NCBI GenBank assembly: GCA_017408485.1
Contig: JAFQUM010000022.1
Location: forward strand, 1,083 to 65,082
Source: Clostridia bacterium
Lineage (GTDB): Bacteria > Bacillota > Clostridia > Oscillospirales > Butyricicoccaceae
Direction of reading: 5' to 3'
DNA: 64,000 nucleotides
In this document: one piece after another, positions 1 through 8,363 of the stretch
How the letters are laid out: each line of letters starts with the position of its first letter
Numbering within the stretch: the stretch's first letter is position 1
Program-made: the position numbers and the translations under genes
The notes under the pieces: model-generated
Seen by the model: the letters and a program-made list of their open reading frames with translations, nothing else
What the model was told of the DNA's origin: nothing
The model's database searches: none

Positions 1-10
1 CATATTAAGA

Positions 11-1258
11 TTAGGACCGTTTATAACAAGTATCTTCACAAAAATCCCTCCAGATAAGTTCTGCCGCCTGCTCCAAGGTGCCTTCATTTTCGATCAGCAC
101 ATCGCGGAAGGCTTCATACATAGGCTTGCGGATCTCGTACATTTTGATAAGGGTCTCTCTGTCCTTTGAAAGAGGTCTGCCCTTGGTTGCCAATTTATCA
201 AGGTCGCGGGTGATCTGATATATTTTGCCGTTTTGATGGAGCGGAGCATAGTTTCTCTCTCTTGTGACCGCGCCGCCGCCCGTCATAATTATCTTACCCT
301 TGCCTGCGCCCTCTCGCATAAGGACCTCGGTCTCTATGCGCCTGAACTCCTCTTCCCCATCCTGAGCAAATATTTCGGGGATAGTCTTTCCCGCCGCCTC
401 GGCAATAAGGGCATCTATCTCCACCGCTTCCCTGCCGCTAAGCTCGGCAAGTCTTCTGCCGATGGTGCTTTTCCCGCAGCCGGGCATACCGATGAGAACT
501 ATATTTTCACTTTCGCGGCGTAGCATTTCGGCAAGCTCTTCCGCCTTGCCCTCGGGTGCTTTGGTATCAAAGAAATACTCGTGAGCTGCAACGCCCTGAG
601 CGGTAAGCATAAGCAGACCGCAGACATTTTTGATACCCAACTCATCCGCCTGCATCATAAGGGCGGTACGCAAGGGGTTATAGATCATATCTGCCACGCC
701 CTCGCACTTGGGAAACATTTTAAGGTCAACGGGAGCTTGCAAGCTATGGGGAAACATTCCCACGGGGGTGCAGTTGACGATTATCTGCGCATCAGCATGC
801 TTGTCAAGGTTGGTATAGTTATCCTCACCGCTACGGGAGATAACTGTAACCGAGCTTGCGCCAAGGCGCTTGCAACAGAGCACCGCGGTTTTTGATGCCC
901 CGCCGTTGCCTAATACAAGGGTCTTTTTTCCCTTGACATCAATCCCTCCGTATTCAAGCATACGGCAAAAGCCGATATGATCGGTGTTGTAGCCGTAAAG
1001 CTTGTCACCTCTGCGAACCACCGTATTGACCGCGCCTATTTCCAAGGCTGTGGGGTCAATATGGTCGAGATATTTCATTACATCGAGCTTATAGGGGATT
1101 GTTACATTTATGGCTTTCAGCTCGGGATCACGCATAAAGCCTTCAAGCTGCTCGGGTTCAAGCTCATAAAGCTTATAAGCATCATTGCCCAAGCCCTTAT
1201 GTATGGGCACAGAATAGCTGTGACCAAGTTTTCTTCCGATAAGACCGTAGATAGCCAT
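11..1258 (-). CDS. aroE: bifunctional shikimate 5-dehydrogenase / shikimate kinase (AroE-AroK fusion)
   Basis: 415-aa ORF. The N-terminal ~260 aa look like shikimate dehydrogenase (LIGRKLGHSYSVPIH, NVTIPYK, LGNGGASK). The C-terminal ~150 aa carry a shikimate kinase P-loop (LIGMPGCGKSTIGR). It is the last gene of the aro cluster. Confidence 0.85.
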   Translation of the reverse strand: MAIYGLIGRKLGHSYSVPIHKGLGNDAYKLYELEPEQLEGFMRDPELKAINVTIPYKLDVMKYLDHIDPTALEIGAVNTVVRRGDKLYGYNTDHIGFCRMLEYGGIDVKGKKTLVLGNGGASKTAVLCCKRLGASSVTVISRSGEDNYTNLDKHADAQIIVNCTPVGMFPHSLQAPVDLKMFPKCEGVADMIYNPLRTALMMQADELGIKNVCGLLMLTAQGVAAHEYFFDTKAPEGKAEELAEMLRRESENIVLIGMPGCGKSTIGRRLAELSGREAVEIDALIAEAAGKTIPEIFAQDGEEEFRRIETEVLMREGAGKGKIIMTGGGAVTRERNYAPLHQNGKIYQITRDLDKLATKGRPLSKDRETLIKMYEIRKPMYEAFRDVLIENEGTLEQAAELIWRDFCEDTCYKRS

Positions 1259-2395
1259 TTATGCCTCCGAATAGTTACCGAGGAATATCATTCGCTCGGT
1301 GCATTTTTCGAGGGTCTCAAGGACTGCGACCGTCTTCTCATCACGGGTACTTGCCTGAAGCTCAAAGAAGAAGATAAACTCAAAATCGTGACCGACGATG
1401 GGGCAGCTTTCAAGCTTATTCAGATTGATTCCCGCCGCGGCAAAGGTTGCAAGTATCTCATACAATGCACCCGGCTTATGCTCACAGGTGAGGATAAGGC
1501 TGATATGGTCAGCACCTGCATAGATCTGCGTATTCTTGGCAATGCAGATAAAGCGGGTATAGTTATTATCACTATTCTGTATTGATTCGGCAATAGGTTC
1601 AAGCCCGTAAAGCTTGCCCGAATTGTGGGATGCTATGGCAGCCACATTTCCGCCCGACAGAGAAACATATTCTGCTGCCATTGCGGTATTTTCGCAGGGA
1701 ACTATCTTCACCTTGTCGCCGAGGCTCTTCAGGAATGCACTGCACTGTCCCAAAGCCTGCTCGTGGGAGCGGATCTCGGTTATATCCGAAAGTTTTGTGC
1801 CCGGCTTTGCAAGCAGCTCGTGACGGATGCAAATGCGCTCGGAACGGACTATCTTTACATTTTTTGTACGGAGAAGATCATAGGTGGCTCTCACCGAGCC
1901 GTTTGAACTATTTTCAATAGGAAGTATGCCGTAATCGCAAAGACCGCTGCCTACTGCATCGAAGACTGCTTCAAAGGTCTTGAAGAAGGTCAGGTTGCCG
2001 CGAGGGAACATTCTGTCAGCCGCCATTTGACCATAAGCGCCCTCAACACCCTGACAAGCGATCCTTCCCGTCTGGGGAAACAAGCTATCCTTGTATGCAA
2101 GTCCTTTCTCTATTTCGCGGCGGATATTTGACTGCCCTGCCAGCAGATTTTGCTGATAGGCGCGGCTGAGCTCAAATATGGTGGAATAAAGGCGGTGGGA
2201 ATATTGCTCCATATCTCCGCTTGCGCCTGCAACCTTGGCAAGTATCTCACGCTCTCTGCCTTTGTTAAGCACGGGCAGACCGTGAGCTTTTTTATACTCC
2301 GCAACCTCTGCGGATATCTGCATACGCTCTAAAAACAGCGGAAGCAGTTTGCTGTCTATATCATCTATCTTTTTTCTGATTTCAGAAAGATCCAT
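1259..2395 (-). CDS. pheA: bifunctional chorismate mutase / prephenate dehydratase (P-protein)
   Basis: 378 aa. N-terminal chorismate mutase helix (IRKKIDDIDSKLLPLFLERM), followed by a prephenate dehydratase domain and a C-terminal ACT-like domain. Abuts aroE and overlaps aroC. Confidence 0.85.
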   Translation of the reverse strand: MDLSEIRKKIDDIDSKLLPLFLERMQISAEVAEYKKAHGLPVLNKGREREILAKVAGASGDMEQYSHRLYSTIFELSRAYQQNLLAGQSNIRREIEKGLAYKDSLFPQTGRIACQGVEGAYGQMAADRMFPRGNLTFFKTFEAVFDAVGSGLCDYGILPIENSSNGSVRATYDLLRTKNVKIVRSERICIRHELLAKPGTKLSDITEIRSHEQALGQCSAFLKSLGDKVKIVPCENTAMAAEYVSLSGGNVAAIASHNSGKLYGLEPIAESIQNSDNNYTRFICIAKNTQIYAGADHISLILTCEHKPGALYEILATFAAAGINLNKLESCPIVGHDFEFIFFFELQASTRDEKTVAVLETLEKCTERMIFLGNYSEA

Positions 2396-3476
2396 TTGTA
2401 CTTTCCTCCATTAACATATCGAGAATAACTGTGGCAACCACTGCTTCTACAACGGGAACTGCTCTCACAACAATGCAGGGGTCGTGTCTTCCCTTTATCT
2501 CCAAAGTGGCAGGCTCTAAGGTCTCGGTGTTGACGGTCTGTTGAGCCCTTGCGATCGATGGGGTAGGCTTGAATGCCGCTCTCACGACAATGGGCATTCC
2601 GTTGGAGATTCCTCCCAAAATGCCGCCGCAATTATTGGTCTCGGTGACTATCTTGCCGTCTTTTACTGTAAAGGGGTCATTGTTCTCCGAGCCGCGCATT
2701 TCGGCAGACTTGAAGCCCGCGCCGAACTCTACGCCCTTTACAGCAGAAATGCCGAAGATGGCTTGAGCGATACGGTTTTCTATGCCATCGAACATAGGCG
2801 AGCCTATGCCTGCGGGCATTCCGATAACAGCGCATTCGACTATTCCGCCCACCGAGTCAAGCTCAGCGCTTGCCTTTTCTATCTCAGCGCGCATCTGCTC
2901 GCCCGCCTTATCATCAATGACTGCAAGGCTTTTTGCGGCTACAGTGTCAAAAATCTCCTTTGTAGGATAAAGGGGGAAGCTTTCATCCTGCACACCGGCA
3001 ATAGCTTTTATGTGAGCGCCTACATGGATGCCGCGACGGGCAAGTATCTGCTTTGCGATGCCGCCGATGATGCACAAGGGTGCGGTAAGTCTTCCCGAAA
3101 AATGTCCGCCGCCGCGCATATCCACGCTATCGCCATAGCGAAGCAGAGCGGTATAGTCTGCGTGACCGGGACGAGGTGTTTTGGTAAGTCCCGCATAGTC
3201 GCCCGAGCGGGTGTCGGTGTTTTCTATAACAGCACAGAGGGGAAAGCCGCAAGTAGTGTCGTTTTCAAGTCCCGACAGAAACTTAGGCTCGTCCTTTTCG
3301 CGGCGGGATGTAGTCAGATTACTCTGTCCCGGTGCGCGGCGCGCCATAAATGCCATAAGCTGGTCGCGGTCTATCCTTTCACCGGAAGGCAGACCCTCCA
3401 CGGTAACGCCTATACCCTTTCCGTGGGATTGACCGAAAACAGATATTTTCAGTTTTTTACCGTACTGTGATGACAT
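2382..3476 (-). CDS. aroC: chorismate synthase
   Basis: 364 aa with typical AroC motifs (FGQSHGKGIGVTVEGLP, RPGHADY, GGGHFSGR). Its ends overlap the neighbouring genes. Confidence 0.9.
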   Translation of the reverse strand: MSSQYGKKLKISVFGQSHGKGIGVTVEGLPSGERIDRDQLMAFMARRAPGQSNLTTSRREKDEPKFLSGLENDTTCGFPLCAVIENTDTRSGDYAGLTKTPRPGHADYTALLRYGDSVDMRGGGHFSGRLTAPLCIIGGIAKQILARRGIHVGAHIKAIAGVQDESFPLYPTKEIFDTVAAKSLAVIDDKAGEQMRAEIEKASAELDSVGGIVECAVIGMPAGIGSPMFDGIENRIAQAIFGISAVKGVEFGAGFKSAEMRGSENNDPFTVKDGKIVTETNNCGGILGGISNGMPIVVRAAFKPTPSIARAQQTVNTETLEPATLEIKGRHDPCIVVRAVPVVEAVVATVILDMLMEESTNGSF

Positions 3477-4719
3477 CTGCCTTTCCTCCTAACTGTGTAA
3501 AATCTTCAAAGAAATCAGGATATGATTTATTGACCGCCTGAGCGCCCGTAACGATGACATCTCCGCTTCCGTGGGCGGCGGCAATGCTTGCCGCCATAAC
3601 GATGCGGTGATCATTAGCTCCGTCAACAGTGCCACCTGTTAAGTTGACCTTGTCAACTATTAAGCCGTCAGGAAGTATCTCAACCTTGCCGCCCATACTT
3701 CTCAGCATATCTGCGGTGGTCTGAAGGCGGTCGCTTTCTTTAAGGCGCAGCCGCTCGCCGCCCGTAAATCTGGTCTGCCCCTCAGCAAATGCGGCGGCAA
3801 CCGCAAGTATGGGAAGCAAATCGGGAGTGTCGGTAAGGTCGATGGTGCAGCCTTGCATTTTATTATGTGAAACAGTGATCTCGTCGCCGTTTATCGTCAC
3901 TTTCGCGCCAAAACTACGCAAGGCGTCAAGCACCTTGCGGTCACCCTGCACAGAATCTGTGAAGAGTCCCTTTACCGTGACCGAGCCGCCGATAGCGCCC
4001 GAAACAAGGAAAAACGCGCCGTTGGACCAGTCTCCGTCGGCAATGGCGATCTTGGGAGAAGTAAGTTTTTCTCTGCCTTTGACTCGATAGCCTTTTTCCG
4101 TCTTGGAAACATCCGAGCCAAAAAGCTTCAAGGTCGATAAGGTCATATCAACATAGGATGCCGACTGCAGTGGTGTAGTTATATCTATAAAGCTCTCTCC
4201 CTCAACGCAAGACAGAGCCATAAGCAGACCGGATACATATTGGGAGCTGACATTGCCCGGCAAGGAGTATCTGCCGGCCTTAAGTCCACCCGATACTGTC
4301 AAGGGCAGCTTGTCCGCAGAAAAGCAAGCACCGCCGCTTGTCATTGCATCCACAAGCTCACCGATAGGGCGCTCGGGAAGTCTTCCGCTGCCTGTAAAGG
4401 AAGGCTCCTTAGCCAAAATTGCCGCCACGGGAAGCAAAAATCTCAAGGTCGAGCCGCTTTCACCGCAATCAAGCAAGACCTTGCCCGCACGCGCTTTGGG
4501 TGGGGTCACTGTGCAGTCTCTTCCATTATAGGTAACGCGGGCGCCCAGCGCTTCGATGCAGGATGCAGTAGCATCGGTATCGGCACAACGGGACACTCCT
4601 TTTATGGTAACATCGTTGTCACAAAGGGCGGCGCATATCATAAGTCTATGGACATCGGACTTTGAAGCAATTGCGGAAACCTTTCCCCCGATTACCGATG
4701 GTGTGAGTTTAATGTCCAA
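3457..4719 (-). CDS. aroA: 3-phosphoshikimate 1-carboxyvinyltransferase (EPSP synthase)
   Basis: 420 aa with EPSP synthase motifs (LDCGESGSTLRFL, LKESDRL, DHRIVMA). Confidence 0.9.
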   Translation of the reverse strand: MDIKLTPSVIGGKVSAIASKSDVHRLMICAALCDNDVTIKGVSRCADTDATASCIEALGARVTYNGRDCTVTPPKARAGKVLLDCGESGSTLRFLLPVAAILAKEPSFTGSGRLPERPIGELVDAMTSGGACFSADKLPLTVSGGLKAGRYSLPGNVSSQYVSGLLMALSCVEGESFIDITTPLQSASYVDMTLSTLKLFGSDVSKTEKGYRVKGREKLTSPKIAIADGDWSNGAFFLVSGAIGGSVTVKGLFTDSVQGDRKVLDALRSFGAKVTINGDEITVSHNKMQGCTIDLTDTPDLLPILAVAAAFAEGQTRFTGGERLRLKESDRLQTTADMLRSMGGKVEILPDGLIVDKVNLTGGTVDGANDHRIVMAASIAAAHGSGDVIVTGAQAVNKSYPDFFEDFTQLGGKADVITVR

Positions 4720-4724
4720 GAGCT

Positions 4725-5777
4725 TTACCTCCCCTCTCTGACATACTCCTCAAGCATATTTAAGGGTTCTGTCTTAAGTATACACGAGCCTATCTTTTCA
4801 GGCAAGACAAGAGTTATATTTCCTCCCGCTCTTTTCTTGTCGGACATTGCGGCAGCGGCAAGGTCGGAATCGGCATAATCTGCGCTTATGGGCAGGTCGT
4901 TTGCAAGAAGTATCTTTTCTATGCGGTCTGCAGTGCCTTTTTGAGTAATGCCCATCTTTTCACCTGCGCGGGCAATGATCGCCATTCCCGCCGCAACTGC
5001 GTGGCCGTGGCTGATGCCGAAATTACTGCACTTTTCTACCGCATGACCGATGGTGTGACCAAGATTGAGGAGGCGGCGCTCGTTCTTTTCGGTCTCGTCT
5101 ATCTCTACGATGTAGCCTTTGAGCGCAACGCACTGACGGATGATGTCGGTCAGGTCATCGGGTCTGCCCTTTTCAAGCTGAGCAAACAACTCCTCGCTGA
5201 ACAGAACACCGTATTTTATGGTCTCAGCCATTCCGTTGGCTATTTCGTGATCAGGAAGGGTCTTCAGCGTGTCTGTGTCACAGATGACCACCTCGGGCTG
5301 CTTGAATGCGCCCGCAAGGTTTTTGCCCGCCTGCAGATCAACTGCGGTCTTTCCGCCTACCGATGAGTCAACGGCTGCCAAAAGAGTGGTGGGCACCTGA
5401 ACATAGCGGACACCGCGCAGATAGACTGCGGCGGCAAAGCCCGCCATATCCCCCGCTACACCGCCGCCCAGAGCGACCACTGTATCGGTGCGGGAAAAGC
5501 CGTTTTCGGCGAGGACTTCAAGTATGTTGGACAAGGTGGTCAAACGCTTGTTTTCTTCGCCCGCGGGGAAAATATATGTAAAGGTCTCAATGCCCGCGGC
5601 ATTAAGGCTTTTTTCAAGTCTTTGTGCATAAAGAGGTGCCACATTGCTATCGGTGATTATAGCGGCGCGGGTCTTTCCCACCGCGTCGGAGATGAGCTGA
5701 CCTGCCCGATCAAGCAGACCTGCTCCGATATGCACATCGTAGCCCTTGCCTACATTTATTCTTACTGTGCAACCCAT
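4725..5777 (-). CDS. aroB: 3-dehydroquinate synthase
   Basis: 350 aa with AroB motifs (ALGGGVAGDMAGFAAA, VPTTLLAAVDSSVGGKTAV, GHTIGHA). Confidence 0.9.
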   Translation of the reverse strand: MGCTVRINVGKGYDVHIGAGLLDRAGQLISDAVGKTRAAIITDSNVAPLYAQRLEKSLNAAGIETFTYIFPAGEENKRLTTLSNILEVLAENGFSRTDTVVALGGGVAGDMAGFAAAVYLRGVRYVQVPTTLLAAVDSSVGGKTAVDLQAGKNLAGAFKQPEVVICDTDTLKTLPDHEIANGMAETIKYGVLFSEELFAQLEKGRPDDLTDIIRQCVALKGYIVEIDETEKNERRLLNLGHTIGHAVEKCSNFGISHGHAVAAGMAIIARAGEKMGITQKGTADRIEKILLANDLPISADYADSDLAAAAMSDKKRAGGNITLVLPEKIGSCILKTEPLNMLEEYVREGR

Positions 5778-5778
5778 A

Positions 5779-6612
5779 TCAGTTACCTCCCGCTGTCTCT
5801 TTAAGCTCTCTACCCTCGCGGAGAAGCTGGGTGAGTTTTTCTTTATCCTTGGTCTCTAAAACCTCTAAGAACTCGCCAAGGCTGTCGATAAGCATACGCA
5901 ATTCCTCAATTAGATAATCTGAGTTTGCCATAAAAAGCTCTGTCCACATATTTTCGTCGAGACGGGCAACACGGGTCAAGTCGCGGTAGCTACCCGCAGA
6001 AAAGCCCATATGCATCTGTGCGGTGGGAGATTTGATATATGCGTTGGAGGTTATGTGGGCAAGCTGAGATGTATAGGCGATGATCCTGTCGTGCTCCTCC
6101 AAGGTGGAGAATGTGACAACACCAAAGCCAATCGCAAGGAAAAAGTCCTTGAGTTTGTCCAAAGTAATAATATCGGAACGGCTGTCTGGGGTGACTATCA
6201 TAGAAGCGCCCTTGAATAGATCAGCGCTTGAATTGGCAAAGCCGCTGACCTCCTTACCCGCCATGGGGTGACCGCCTATATAGTTAAACTCATATTTAAC
6301 TGCAAGAGCGGAAAGAGGCTCATATATGGCGCGCTTGATGCCGCACAGGTCGATGAAGGTGGTTCCTTTCATATAGGGTGCTTTTTCGGTCATTGTCTTG
6401 ACTAATACCTCAGGAATAAGTGCCGCCATAACGAGCTGACACTCGCTCAGGCGCTCATCGGTAAGTCTGCCGTCGATGGCGCCCGACATAAGCGCCATAG
6501 TCATTGTCTCATCGTTGATGTCAAGGCCCAATACTTTATGGTGGGTATTGGCTTTTATAGCCTTTGCCATAGAGCCACCGATAATGCCGAGTCCGATAAT
6601 TCCAACTGTCAT
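5779..6612 (-). CDS. tyrA: prephenate dehydrogenase
   Basis: Rossmann N-terminus [17 protein letters not shown] prefer the internal ATG at 6612 because it has a GGAGGA RBS and forms a TGATG overlap with the aroF stop. The ORF track extends to 6654. Confidence 0.85.
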   Translation of the reverse strand: MTVGIIGLGIIGGSMAKAIKANTHHKVLGLDINDETMTMALMSGAIDGRLTDERLSECQLVMAALIPEVLVKTMTEKAPYMKGTTFIDLCGIKRAIYEPLSALAVKYEFNYIGGHPMAGKEVSGFANSSADLFKGASMIVTPDSRSDIITLDKLKDFFLAIGFGVVTFSTLEEHDRIIAYTSQLAHITSNAYIKSPTAQMHMGFSAGSYRDLTRVARLDENMWTELFMANSDYLIEELRMLIDSLGEFLEVLETKDKEKLTQLLREGRELKETAGGN

Positions 6613-7628
6613 CAGTCGTTTCCTCCAAGTTTGGTTATTTCGCTGACCTTCCAAAGCTTCTTTGCAAGCTTGTCAAAGGCTTCGGGTCTGATGGACTGAG
6701 GTCCGTCGCAAAGTGCGTGGGCGGGGTCGTTGTGGACTTCAATGATAAGTCCGTCAGCGCCTGCCGCAACCGCCGCACAGGAAAGCGCGGGAACAAGATC
6801 GGCTCTGCCTGCGGAATGGCTGGGGTCGATGACCACGGGCAGATGGGAAAGCTGTTTGAGTACGGGAATGGAAGAAATGTCAAGTGTGTTGCGGGTGTAG
6901 GTCTCAAAGGTGCGGATGCCGCGCTCGCACAGAATGACCTGCTCGTTTCCGCCCGCCATAATGTATTCGGCGCTCATCAGCAGCTCCTCATAGGTGGAGG
7001 ACAGACCGCGCTTGAGCAGAATAGGCTTATTAGCCTTGCCCAGTTCTTTGAGCAGTTCAAAGTTCTGCATATTTCTCGCGCCCACCTGAATGATGTCAAC
7101 ATCATCAAACAGTTCAAGCTGAGAAATGTCCATTATCTCTGTGACGATGGGCAGACCGGTCAATTTCTTTGCAAGGGAAAGCAGGCGCAGACCTTCACCG
7201 CGCATTCCCTGGAAAGAGTAGGGCGAGGTGCGGGGCTTGAATGCGCCGCCGCGGAGAATGGTAGCACCCGACTCCTTTACCTTTTTTGCTATGTCGACGA
7301 TCTGCTCCTCCGATTCAACAGAGCAGGGTCCCGCAATAAGGGTAAGGTTACCACCGCCGATGATGGCATCGCCCACCTTGATGACGGTGTCATCGGGATG
7401 GAACTTACGGTTTGCGTTTTTATAAGGCTCCTGAACACGGCGGACTGCCTCAACGATGTCGAGAGCGGAAATAAGGTCAATATCAAGGTGGGTGGTGTCA
7501 CCGACCAAGCCGAGAATGGTCTGAGTAGAACCCACGGTAGGATGTACGTCTATTCCCTTTCCGTTAAGCCAGGAAACAAGATTGTTAAGTTGTGACTTGT
7601 CGGGATTTTGTTTTAAGATTACTATCAT
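6612..7628 (-). CDS. aroF: DAHP synthase (3-deoxy-7-phosphoheptulonate synthase), class I-beta with N-terminal ferredoxin-like regulatory domain
   Basis: Core motifs include [25 protein letters not shown] and DPSH. I chose the start at the ATG of MIVILKQ (7628), preceded by GGAGAG. The tracked N-terminal extension to 7778 would run through the terminator hairpin. Confidence 0.85.
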   Translation of the reverse strand: MIVILKQNPDKSQLNNLVSWLNGKGIDVHPTVGSTQTILGLVGDTTHLDIDLISALDIVEAVRRVQEPYKNANRKFHPDDTVIKVGDAIIGGGNLTLIAGPCSVESEEQIVDIAKKVKESGATILRGGAFKPRTSPYSFQGMRGEGLRLLSLAKKLTGLPIVTEIMDISQLELFDDVDIIQVGARNMQNFELLKELGKANKPILLKRGLSSTYEELLMSAEYIMAGGNEQVILCERGIRTFETYTRNTLDISSIPVLKQLSHLPVVIDPSHSAGRADLVPALSCAAVAAGADGLIIEVHNDPAHALCDGPQSIRPEAFDKLAKKLWKVSEITKLGGND

Positions 7629-7716
7629 TTTTGTACTCTCCTTATATAAAGCTGATTTTTTGTTGTGATTAGCCTTTCCCTTGAGGGGAAGGCTTTTTGG
7701 GCGCTGAGGGATGGAT

Positions 7717-7748
7717 AATAAAAAACCCCACAGCGTCGGGCTGTGGGG
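7717..7748 (-). terminator. intrinsic terminator in the aro leader (candidate attenuator)
   Basis: On the minus strand, CCCCACAGC-CCGAC-GCUGUGGGG (9-bp GC-rich stem) is followed by UUUUUUAUU. It lies 26 nt after the leader ORF stop and ~90 nt before the aroF start. Confidence 0.75.
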
Positions 7749-7774
7749 ATGTTTTTTGATACGGAAAATCCGCC

Positions 7775-7876
7775 TCACTCACCAATTACAGCCAAACGCG
7801 AAAAAGCCTTACCAAAGTAAAAGTAGGTAAAGCTAAAAAAGTAAAAGTATGCAGCTGACATGATCTTGTGAGTCAT
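7775..7876 (-). CDS. 33-codon Phe/Tyr-rich leader peptide MTHKIMSAAYFYFFSFTYFYFGKAFSRLAVIGE
   Basis: ATG at 7876 with an AGGAGA RBS 8 nt upstream. Ten of 12 consecutive codons (10-21) are TAC (Tyr) or TTT (Phe). It sits between the promoter and the terminator upstream of an operon that encodes pheA and tyrA. At under 60 aa it is absent from the ORF track. Confidence 0.65.
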   Translation of the reverse strand: MTHKIMSAAYFYFFSFTYFYFGKAFSRLAVIGE

Positions 7877-7905
7877 GATTCTATTCTCCTGCAATTAATA
7901 TACAA

Positions 7906-7934
7906 ATTATAACACTCTGCTTTTTGCGTGTCAA
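7906..7934 (-). promoter_or_regulatory. sigma-A type promoter of the aro operon
   Basis: On the minus strand: TTGACA (7934..7929), a 17-nt spacer, then TATAAT (7911..7906). Both hexamers match consensus exactly. Confidence 0.7.
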
Positions 7935-7973
7935 GACGACATTTTTGATTATCTTAGTATTTTATCATCAATA

Positions 7974-8234
7974 TTATCTATCGCCCATATATTTGGCTTT
8001 TGTGGCAGCGCCGCCGCGGATGTGCCGCTCCTCCTTGTTTCGTTGAAGGATGGGTTGAGTCTTTTCATAAAGTGCCTTGTTTATGTGCTTCAGCCGTGCG
8101 GTAACATCCTTGTGCACCGTGGATTTTGATACCCCGAACCGCTTTGCCGCCGCACGCACGGTCGCGCCCGTCTCGCAAATAAACTGTGCCAACTCAATAC
8201 ATCGCTCGTCTACATTCCATTTCACCGCTACCAC
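7974..8234 (-). CDS. spoIIID: stage III sporulation protein D (HTH transcription factor)
   Basis: The 86-aa ORF closely resembles SpoIIID (VRAAAKRFGVSKSTVHKDVTARL, RHIRGGAATKAKY). The true start may be the GTG at 8225, which follows GAGGTG. Confidence 0.85.
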   Translation of the reverse strand: MVAVKWNVDERCIELAQFICETGATVRAAAKRFGVSKSTVHKDVTARLKHINKALYEKTQPILQRNKEERHIRGGAATKAKYMGDR

Positions 8235-8288
8235 CTCATTAAAGTATGCTGTGGTATGTATATGAGAATGAATGGAAAAATATGAAGT

Positions 8289-8318
8289 AAGCCGAATGAG
8301 AGAGTTCTCATTCGGCTT
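8289..8318 (-). terminator. hairpin terminator downstream of the ABC transporter gene
   Basis: AAGCCGAATGAGA-gagt-TCTCATTCGGCTT forms a 13-bp perfect stem. Confidence 0.55.
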
Positions 8319-8363
8319 ATTGTTTGTATGATATTTCGTGCATCCCGAAAGGGATTTACTTCA

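Noticed and set aside
1-10. CAT at 1..3 as the start codon of a further minus-strand gene (possible aroD)
   Set aside because: No RBS is visible and the gene body lies outside the window, so it cannot be supported.
6612-7778. Long version of aroF (388 aa) starting at 7778
   Set aside because: The extra 50 residues have no homology-like features and would be translated through the terminator hairpin. The internal ATG at 7628 has a good RBS and begins the known ferredoxin-like domain.
7629-7960. T-box riboswitch as the aro leader
   Set aside because: I could find no T-box consensus (AAUUAGGGUGGUACCGCG-like), specifier-loop architecture or stem I features. At ~270 nt the leader is dominated by the small F/Y ORF plus the terminator. 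A covariance-model scan should still be run.
8235-8290. Possible sigma-E-type promoter (TCATATT ... CATATACAT) upstream of spoIIID
   Set aside because: The match to the mother-cell sigma consensus is only approximate and the spacing is ambiguous. That is not enough to call it.
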